DNA of 64,000 nucleotides from Elusimicrobiota bacterium (GTDB lineage Bacteria; Elusimicrobiota; Elusimicrobia; UBA1565): NCBI GenBank assembly GCA_016218495.1, contig JACRDU010000155.1, positions 1,171 to 65,170 of the forward strand, read 5' to 3'. Shown piece by piece: positions 57,233 to 64,000 of this stretch (position 1 is its first letter; each line of letters starts with the position of its first letter). The notes under the pieces were generated by a model. It saw only the letters and a program-made list of their open reading frames with translations, ran no database searches and was not told where the DNA came from. The position numbers and the translations under genes were made by a program.

Positions 57233-57613
57233 GTGGCCCGCATCCTCGTAGTTGACGACGAGCGGGACGTCGTCACCCTGGTGAAGTTCATGCTCCAGCG
57301 CGACGCCCACGAGGTTTCGGAGGCGTATCACGGAGGCGAAGCCTTGGCCGCGCTCGGGCTCGAGCCCGCCTCCGATTCCGTACTGCCGGACCTGGTCATC
57401 ATGGACGTCATGATGCCCGTGGCGGACGGGTACACGGTCGCCAAGAGGGCGTCGGAAGGAGACCGGACCCGGAAGGTGCCGATCGTGATGCTGACGGCGA
57501 AGGGGCAGACGCGCGAGCTCCTCGAGGCCCTGCCCAACGTGGCGGCCGTCCTCGAGAAGCCTTTCGAGCCCAACCGCCTCAGGGAGCTGGTTTTGAGCCT
57601 CTTGAAGGCCTGA
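57233..57613 (+). CDS. Single-domain response regulator (CheY-like)
   Basis: ILVVDDE, PDLVIMDVMMP, MLTAK, KPF; GTG start. Confidence 0.9.
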   Translation: MARILVVDDERDVVTLVKFMLQRDAHEVSEAYHGGEALAALGLEPASDSVLPDLVIMDVMMPVADGYTVAKRASEGDRTRKVPIVMLTAKGQTRELLEALPNVAAVLEKPFEPNRLRELVLSLLKA

Positions 57614-57615
57614 TC

Positions 57616-58020
57616 ATGGGAACCATCCTTGTCGTCGACGACGAGCCCGAGATCGTGACCCTCCTCAAGTTCATCCTTGAGAAGGACGGGCACAGGATCA
57701 TGGAAGCCTCCAACGGCGTCGTGGCCCTGGAGCGCCTGGGCGTCGAGCCGCCCAAGCCGGACGCGTCGCGGCCGGACCTCATCATCCTCGACATCATGAT
57801 GCCCGTGATGGACGGCTACACCCTCAACAACCGGCTCCAGAAGGAGCCTAAGACCAAGTCGATCCCGATCCTCGTCCTGACGGCCAAGGGCCAGAAGATG
57901 CGCGACCTCTTCGAGATGGCCCCCAACGTGGCCGCCTATGTCCAGAAGCCGTTCGACCCCAAGATGCTCCGCGAGCTCATCGCGAGCATCCTCGATGGAC
58001 GAAAGAACGCCGCCGTCTGA
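57616..58020 (+). CDS. Single-domain response regulator (CheY-like), tandem paralog
   Basis: ILVVDDE, PDLIILDIMMP, LTAK, KPF. Confidence 0.92.
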   Translation: MGTILVVDDEPEIVTLLKFILEKDGHRIMEASNGVVALERLGVEPPKPDASRPDLIILDIMMPVMDGYTLNNRLQKEPKTKSIPILVLTAKGQKMRDLFEMAPNVAAYVQKPFDPKMLRELIASILDGRKNAAV

Positions 58021-59524
58021 GCCCGGCGACCCGCGCGCCGACCGTCTCGCGAAGCTCCAGGACCTCCAGTCCCGGGGTATCGACTGCTTCCCCCACCGCT
58101 TCCGCCCGACCCACGCCGCCGCGGCGGTCTTCCCGCTCGGCGAAGGCCTCGTGGCCGAGCAGAAGACCGAGCACACGGTCACGGTCGCCGGCCGCGTGGT
58201 GCAGCTCCGGGTGATGGGCAAAGCCGCCTTCTGCCATATCCTCGACCAGGGGACGAAGCTCCAGCTCTACTTCAAGCAGGACAACCTGGGGGACTCCTAC
58301 CAGATCGTCAAGAAGAGCCTCCACCTGGGCGACTTCGTCGGGGTCACCGGCATCGTCTTCAAGACCAAGACCGGGGAGACCACGGTGGAGGCCCATTCCT
58401 TCACCCTGCTCGCCAAGGCCTTGCTGCCCCTCCCCGACAAGTGGGACGGGCTGAAGAACACGGATACGCGCTACCGCCAGCGCCATCTCGACCTCATCGC
58501 CAACGAGGAGGTGCGCCGCCGCTTCGTGGCGCGCTCGAAGGTCGTGGCCGCCGTGCGCCGCGTGATGGACTCGGAGGGCTTCCTCGAGGTCGAGACCCCG
58601 GTGCTCCTGCACCAGGCCGGAGGGGCGACGGCCACCCCGTTCGAGACCCATTTCAACGCCCTCGACGCCGAGATGGTCATGCGCATCGCGCTCGAGCTGC
58701 CGCTCAAGAAGCTCATCATCGGAGGCTTGCCGCGCGTCTACGAGATCGGCCGGGTCTTCCGGAACGAGGGAGTCGACACCAAGCACAACCCCGAGTTCAC
58801 CATGCTCGAGGCCTACCAGGCCTACGGCGACTACAACGAGATGGCGCTGCTCTTCGAGAAGGTCCTGACCGGGGTGGCCGGGGCCCTGGGCGTCCTCGGC
58901 AAGACCATCCGCTTCGCCGACCGCGACGTCCGGCTCGAGCCCGACCCCCAGACGGGCCTGCTCAAGTTCCGCCGCGCCTACCTCCCCGAGCTCTGGAAGG
59001 AGCACCTGGGCGAGGACATCCATCTCAGCCTCAAGGGCAAGGGCTTCGACTCCGAAGGCCTGCGCGCCCTGGCCCGGCGCAAGGAGGTGGCCTGCGGCCC
59101 CGAGGTCCCCGACGCCAAGGTCTTCGACGCCCTCTTCGAGCGCTTCATCGAATGCCGCATGCCCGAGCCCACCTTCGTCTTCGACCACCCCACCGCCATC
59201 ACGCCGCTGGCCAAATGCAAGGCCGGCGACGAGTCCCTGGTCGAGCGCTTCGAGCTCTTCTTCGCCGGCATGGAGTTCGCCAACGCCTACACCGAGCTCA
59301 ACGACCCCGTCGACCAGAAAGGGCGCTTCGAGGAGCAGGCCAAGCAGAAGGCCGGAGGCCACGCCGAGGCGGAACTGCTCGATGAGGACTTCGTCGAGGC
59401 GATGGAGCACGGCATGCCCCCCACCGGCGGCATCGGCTTCGGCATCGACCGCCTGACGATGCTCTTCACCGACACCACCACGATCCGGGAAGTCATCCTG
59501 TTCCCGACGCTCAAGCCGGAGTAG
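57995..59524 (+). CDS. lysS: Lysine--tRNA ligase (class II)
   Basis: YRQRHLDL, FLEVETP, YEIGRVFRNEG, HNPEFTMLE, NAYTELNDP, GMPPTGGIGFGIDRL. Confidence 0.97.
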   Translation: MDERTPPSEPGDPRADRLAKLQDLQSRGIDCFPHRFRPTHAAAAVFPLGEGLVAEQKTEHTVTVAGRVVQLRVMGKAAFCHILDQGTKLQLYFKQDNLGDSYQIVKKSLHLGDFVGVTGIVFKTKTGETTVEAHSFTLLAKALLPLPDKWDGLKNTDTRYRQRHLDLIANEEVRRRFVARSKVVAAVRRVMDSEGFLEVETPVLLHQAGGATATPFETHFNALDAEMVMRIALELPLKKLIIGGLPRVYEIGRVFRNEGVDTKHNPEFTMLEAYQAYGDYNEMALLFEKVLTGVAGALGVLGKTIRFADRDVRLEPDPQTGLLKFRRAYLPELWKEHLGEDIHLSLKGKGFDSEGLRALARRKEVACGPEVPDAKVFDALFERFIECRMPEPTFVFDHPTAITPLAKCKAGDESLVERFELFFAGMEFANAYTELNDPVDQKGRFEEQAKQKAGGHAEAELLDEDFVEAMEHGMPPTGGIGFGIDRLTMLFTDTTTIREVILFPTLKPE

Positions 59525-59531
59525 GGCCGCC

Positions 59532-60746
59532 TTGTTCGAGTTCTTCGTCGCGCGGCGCTACCTAAAGGCCCAGCGCAAGGGCCTCTTCACCCTGGTCACT
59601 ACCCTGATCGGGGTCAGCGGCGTCGCCATCGGCGTCGCCGCCCTGCTGACGACCCTCTCCGTCATGAACGGCTTCCAGGCCGACATCCGCCGCAAGATCG
59701 TCGGCGCGCAGGCGCACGTGACCGTGGCCGCCCACATGGACGCCGCGCGCAAGAAGCAGGCCGAGGACGCCCTCGACTCCCGCAAGGCCGTCGTCGCCCG
59801 CTCTCCCTTCGTCCTCGGGCAGGCCATCCTCACCTTCAAAGGCCGCTCCTCCGGCATCGTCGCCAAGGGCATCGACCCGGACTCCGAGTTCAAGGTCAAC
59901 GACCTGGCGAGGTCGCTGACCGAAGGCGATTGGGCGGGGCTGGCGCATAAGCCCGTGCCCGGGGTGGTGCTGGGCGTCGAGCTGGCCCAGAACATCGGGG
60001 CCTGGGTCGGCGACGAGGTCGTCCTGATATCCCCCCAGGGCCTGGATTCCCCCCTCGGGCTCATCCCCGCCATGAAGAGGTTCAGGGTCGTCGGCGTCCT
60101 CAAGACGGGCTACTACGAGTACGACGCCTCGACGGCCTATTGCGCCTTGGCCGAGGCCGCCGGCTTCTTCAAGACGCCCGGCGGCCTCTCCGGCTACCAG
60201 GTCCGCCTCTCCGACCTCAGCCTGGCCGAATCGGAGGCCGCCGCCCTGCAGCGGGAGCTGGGATGGGATTTCGCCGTGCGATCCTTCAACGACATGAACC
60301 GCACCCTCTTCGCCGCGCTCAAGCTCGAGAAGTACGTGATGTTCCTCATCCTGGCGCTCATCATCCTCGTCGCCTCCTTCAACATCGCCTCGAACCTGAT
60401 CCTGCTCGGCACGGAGAAGCTGCGCGACATAGGCATCCTGCGCGCGATGGGGGCCACCCCGAAGATGATCCGCCGCATCTTCCTCTGGGAGGGCCTGCTC
60501 ATCGGCGGCTCCGGGACCCTGTTCGGAGTCGGGCTCGGCCTGCTGCTCTCCTGGGTCATCTGGCGCTACCCCATCGTGGAGCTGCCCGGCGACATCTACT
60601 ACCTCTCCCGCGTCCCGGTCCAGGTCGAGCCATGGGACGTCGCCGTCGTCACGCTCTGCGGCTTGGCCCTCTCCGTGCTGGCCACCGTCTATCCCGCCTA
60701 CCGCGCCTCGCGCGTCGACCCCATCGAGGCCATCCACTATGGCTGA
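59532..60746 (+). CDS. Lipoprotein-releasing ABC transporter permease LolC/E
   Basis: ARRYL, GVAIGVAAL, SVMNGF, LFAALKLEK, IGILRAMGA, YPAYRA; precedes lolD. Confidence 0.93.
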   Translation: MFEFFVARRYLKAQRKGLFTLVTTLIGVSGVAIGVAALLTTLSVMNGFQADIRRKIVGAQAHVTVAAHMDAARKKQAEDALDSRKAVVARSPFVLGQAILTFKGRSSGIVAKGIDPDSEFKVNDLARSLTEGDWAGLAHKPVPGVVLGVELAQNIGAWVGDEVVLISPQGLDSPLGLIPAMKRFRVVGVLKTGYYEYDASTAYCALAEAAGFFKTPGGLSGYQVRLSDLSLAESEAAALQRELGWDFAVRSFNDMNRTLFAALKLEKYVMFLILALIILVASFNIASNLILLGTEKLRDIGILRAMGATPKMIRRIFLWEGLLIGGSGTLFGVGLGLLLSWVIWRYPIVELPGDIYYLSRVPVQVEPWDVAVVTLCGLALSVLATVYPAYRASRVDPIEAIHYG

Positions 60747-61458
60747 ACCCGTCGTCGAGGCCCGCGGGCTGTGCCGGAGCTACCCGCAAGGGACGGCCCA
60801 GGTCCATGTCCTCAGCGCGGTCGACCTCTCGGTCCGCCCCGGCGAGTTCGTTGCAGTATTAGGTCCGAGCGGCTCCGGGAAGTCGACCCTGCTCAACCTT
60901 TTGGGGCTCATGGACCACCCGACGTCGGGAGAGGTCCTGCTCGGGGGGTCTGCGACCGGCCGTACCTCGGAAGAAGAGAGGGCTGGGCTCCGTAACCGTC
61001 ATGTGGGGTTCGTCTTCCAATTCGACGCCTTGATGCCCGAGTTCACCATCCTCGAGAACGTCCTGATGCCCGCCCGCATCGCGCTGGCGGCCGGCAGGGA
61101 ATTGGCCGTATCCGGGGGGAAGGGTTGGCCCGGGCTGGAGTCCCGCGCCCTGGAGCTCCTCAAGGCCCTCGACATCGAACGGCACGCCCATCGCCCCCCG
61201 CGCGAACTCTCCGGAGGCGAACGGCAGCGCGCCGCGGTGGCGCGCGCCCTCCTGCCCGGCCCGGGCGTCATCCTGGCCGACGAGCCCACCGGCAACCTGG
61301 ACAGGCCGAACGCGGAATTGGTATTTTCCAAATTAAGGCAGCTCGCCGACGCCTCGGGCGTGGCCGTCGTGATGGTGACCCATAACGAATCGTCCGTGGG
61401 CTACGCCACCCGATCGGTCCACCTCTTGGACGGCAGGCTCGCCGCAAGCGCCGCATAG
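60739..61458 (+). CDS. lolD: Lipoprotein-releasing ABC transporter ATP-binding protein
   Basis: GPSGSGKST, LSGGERQR, ADEPTGNLD, VTHN; follows lolC/E. Confidence 0.88.
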   Translation: MAEPVVEARGLCRSYPQGTAQVHVLSAVDLSVRPGEFVAVLGPSGSGKSTLLNLLGLMDHPTSGEVLLGGSATGRTSEEERAGLRNRHVGFVFQFDALMPEFTILENVLMPARIALAAGRELAVSGGKGWPGLESRALELLKALDIERHAHRPPRELSGGERQRAAVARALLPGPGVILADEPTGNLDRPNAELVFSKLRQLADASGVAVVMVTHNESSVGYATRSVHLLDGRLAASAA

Positions 61459-61466
61459 GGGGCAGC

Positions 61467-62360
61467 ATGAAGATCTGGATCGACGGCCACTTCTACGACA
61501 AAGCCGACGCAAAGGTCTCGGTCTTCGACCACGGCCTCCTCTACGGGGACGGCGTCTTCGAGGGCATCCGCGCCTACAACGGCAGGGTCTTCCAGCTCAA
61601 GGAGCACATCGACCGGCTCTACGCCTCGGCCAAGGCCGTCCTGCTGAACATCCCGATGCCCCCCGCCGAGATGACCCGCCTCGTCTGCGACGCGGTCCGC
61701 GTGAACGACCTCAAGGACGCCTACATCCGCGTGGTCGTCAGCCGCGGCGTGGGCGACCTGGGGCTGGACATGCGCAAGTGCAAGGTCCCGACGGTCATCA
61801 TCATCGCCGACAAGATCCAGCTCTACCCCGAGGAGGCCTACAAGCGCGGCCTCAAGGTCATCGTCTCCCACCTGCGGCGCATCGCGCCGGACACGCTGAG
61901 CCCGTCGATCAAGTCCCTCAACTACCTCAACAACATCCTGGCCCGCGCCGAGGCGTCGCGCGCGGACTGCGACGAGGCCATCCTCCTCAACCGCGAGGGC
62001 TACGTCGCGGAGTGCTCCGGCGACAACATCTTCTTCATCCGCGACGGGAAGGTCTACACCCCGCCGGTCCATGTCGGCATCCTCGAAGGGGTGACCCGCA
62101 ACGTGGCGATGAAGCTGGCCAAGGAGAAGCTCGGGCTCGAGGTCCATGAGCTCATCTTCACCGTCCCCGAGCTCTACCGCGCCGACGAGGTGTTCGTCAC
62201 CGGCACCGGCGCCGAAATCATCGGCGTCGTGCTGATCAACGGCCGCGTGGTCGCCGACGGCAAGCCCGGGCCCCTGACGGCGAAGCTGATCCGGGCCTTC
62301 CGCGAGTACGCGAAGTCCGCCGAGTCCGGCGCCCCGGTCTACGAGCCCGTGAAGGTCTAG
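61467..62360 (+). CDS. ilvE: Branched-chain amino acid aminotransferase
   Basis: DHGLLYGDGVFEGIRAY, KSLNYLNN, ECSGDNIF, LEGVTR, EVFVTGT. Confidence 0.95.
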   Translation: MKIWIDGHFYDKADAKVSVFDHGLLYGDGVFEGIRAYNGRVFQLKEHIDRLYASAKAVLLNIPMPPAEMTRLVCDAVRVNDLKDAYIRVVVSRGVGDLGLDMRKCKVPTVIIIADKIQLYPEEAYKRGLKVIVSHLRRIAPDTLSPSIKSLNYLNNILARAEASRADCDEAILLNREGYVAECSGDNIFFIRDGKVYTPPVHVGILEGVTRNVAMKLAKEKLGLEVHELIFTVPELYRADEVFVTGTGAEIIGVVLINGRVVADGKPGPLTAKLIRAFREYAKSAESGAPVYEPVKV

Positions 62361-62373
62361 CGCCCGGGGCGTC

Positions 62374-62826
62374 ATGCTCTGCGCCCGCTGCAAGAAGAAG
62401 CCGGCCCAGTTCCTGATCAAGAACATCGTCGACAACCAGGTGAGCGAGGCCCACCTGTGCCTGGACTGCGCCCATGGGGCGGCCCAGGAATCCGTGGCCC
62501 CCGCCTTGGCGGGCCTGCTGTCTTTGCTCGGCGGCGCGGCCCCGGCCCCGCGCGAGAAGGCTCCGGCTAAGTGCGCGTCCTGCGGCCTGCGCTGGACGGA
62601 TTTCCGCAAGACGGGTTTCCTGGGCTGTCCGGCCTGCTACGACTGCTTCGCGGTCCCTCTGAAGGGCGTGCTGCAGGAGATGCAGGGCGCGGTGCGGCAT
62701 TCCGGCAAGCGCCCGGCACGCTCCTCGGCCGACCTGCGCGGCCGCCTGGACGCGGCCCTGAAGTCGGAGAACTACGAGGAGGCGGCCCGCCTGCGCGACC
62801 TCATCCGCAAGGGCCGGGCCGCATGA
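62374..62826 (+). CDS. mcsA: McsA, activator of the protein-arginine kinase (CxxC x4 + UVR)
   Basis: CARC, LCLDCA, CASCG, GCPACY, ENYEEAARLRD. Confidence 0.92.
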   Translation: MLCARCKKKPAQFLIKNIVDNQVSEAHLCLDCAHGAAQESVAPALAGLLSLLGGAAPAPREKAPAKCASCGLRWTDFRKTGFLGCPACYDCFAVPLKGVLQEMQGAVRHSGKRPARSSADLRGRLDAALKSENYEEAARLRDLIRKGRAA

Positions 62827-63875
62827 TCCTATCGGCCATGCTGCGCGTGAAGATGGCTTGGGCGCGGCCCACCGGCCCCCGCCACGAGGTCGTCCTATCC
62901 TCGCGCCTGCGCCTGGCCCGGAACCTGCGCGCCCACCCCTTCCCCCCCCGTGCCCCCGCCGAAGAGCTCAAGGCCGCGCTGAAGGCCGTCTTCAAGGCTT
63001 CGGCCGCGGCCAAGTCCCTGGAGTCGGCGGCCCGCCTCGAGCTCTGCGAGGTCTCGGAGGTCGACCGGGAGTTCCTGGTCGAACGCCGCCTGGCGAGCCG
63101 GCTGCTGATTTCGGAGCCCGCGCACCGCGGCGTCGTGGTCGGGGAGCGCGAGGTCCTCAGCATCATGGTCAACGAGGAGGACCATCTGCGCCTGCAGGGC
63201 ATCGACTCGGGGCTCTGCCTCGAAGACCTGCTCGGGAAGGTCTCCGCGCTCGACGACGAGCTCGCCCAGACCCTCGACCTGGCCTTTCATCCCGAGCTGG
63301 GCTTCGAGACCGCCTGTCCGACGAACGTAGGGACGGGCCTGCGCGCGTCCGCCCTGGTCCACCTGCCGGGCCTGGCGCTGAGCGGGCAGGTGAACGGCGT
63401 GCTCCAGAGCCTGGGCGCCGCCGGACTCATCGCGCGGGGCCATTACGGCGAGGGCACCAAGGTCCTCGGGGACTTCTATCAGGTCTCCAACGCCCGCTCG
63501 CTGGGGCCTTCCGAGGAGGACCTCGTCTCGGGCGTCTCCAAGGCGGTCGAAGAACTCGTGCGCGCGGAGTCCAAGGCCCGCACCGAACTGCTTCGGGGGC
63601 TGGGCAAGTCCCGCCTCGAGGACATGGTCTTCCGGTCCGTCGGGTCGCTGGAACACGCCCGCCTCATGACCTACGAAGAGGCGATGCAGCACCTCTCCGC
63701 CATGCGCCTGGGCCTTTCACTGGGCTGGGAGCTCCCCGCCGACCTCACCACGGTCAACGAGCTCACCGTGCTCAGCCAGCCGGGACATGTGCAGATGCTG
63801 GCCGGCAAGGAGCTCGACGCCGGCGACCGGGATTTCCTGCGCGCGACCCTGCTGCGCGGCAAGCTCAAGAGCTGA
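62823..63875 (+). CDS. mcsB: Protein-arginine kinase McsB
   Basis: SSRLRLARN, MVNEEDHLR, TACPTNVGTGLRAS, YQVSN; ATG 62823 overlaps the mcsA stop. Confidence 0.94.
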   Translation: MILSAMLRVKMAWARPTGPRHEVVLSSRLRLARNLRAHPFPPRAPAEELKAALKAVFKASAAAKSLESAARLELCEVSEVDREFLVERRLASRLLISEPAHRGVVVGEREVLSIMVNEEDHLRLQGIDSGLCLEDLLGKVSALDDELAQTLDLAFHPELGFETACPTNVGTGLRASALVHLPGLALSGQVNGVLQSLGAAGLIARGHYGEGTKVLGDFYQVSNARSLGPSEEDLVSGVSKAVEELVRAESKARTELLRGLGKSRLEDMVFRSVGSLEHARLMTYEEAMQHLSAMRLGLSLGWELPADLTTVNELTVLSQPGHVQMLAGKELDAGDRDFLRATLLRGKLKS

Positions 63876-63881
63876 ACGGAC

Positions 63882-64000
63882 CTAGCGCTTCACCGCCGAC
63901 AACCCCAGGAACAGCGGGAACTCCGCCCGCGCCCGGTTCTCCATCAGTGCCGCGGGGCCGGCGCTGCGCTTGTTGGAGACCCATTCCTCGAGTCCGTCGA
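63882..64000 (-). CDS. 3' end of a probable class I SAM-dependent methyltransferase (partial)
   Basis: Manual translation ...DGLEEWVSNKRSAGPAALMENRARAEFPLFLGLSAVKR*; only 38 codons are visible. Confidence 0.45.
   Translation of the reverse strand, partial: DGLEEWVSNKRSAGPAALMENRARAEFPLFLGLSAVKR

Overview
GC-rich bacterial chromosome window, densely coding, with about 50 supportable genes. No rRNA, tRNA, CRISPR array, integrase or transposase was recognised. Gene content and style suggest an Elusimicrobiota-like diderm, which is inference only. Housekeeping genes: smc, ndk, lysS-lolC/E-lolD-ilvE-mcsA-mcsB. Accessory content: Tad-type pseudopilins next to an FtsH-like AAA ATPase; peptidoglycan scavenging genes (nagZ, mltA, namZ, Na+/solute symporter, anmK, murQ); a PhnD/AioX-like sensor, histidine kinase and NtrC-like regulator converging on an MtrA(decaheme)-MtrB porin-cytochrome pair; a sugar ABC transporter and several alpha-glucan enzymes. 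The most unusual signal is a shared N-terminal leader (signal peptide ending A|Q, then an Ala/Pro tract, often with LSAPSL and L-x3-FD(G/A)). It is fused to unrelated cargoes whose domains normally work on the cytoplasmic side: an EEP nuclease/phosphatase plus nucleotide-translocase fusion, a GH77 plus glycogen-debranching fusion, an alpha-amylase and a novel membrane protein. Several of these genes also share a promoter layout: a 15-bp RGGNC-N5-GNCCY palindrome 23-24 bp upstream of a -10 box that sits 6 nt before a start codon. Together this suggests a co-regulated set of exported nutrient-harvesting effectors, possibly used in predation or parasitism. That interpretation is a hypothesis; no database search was run.
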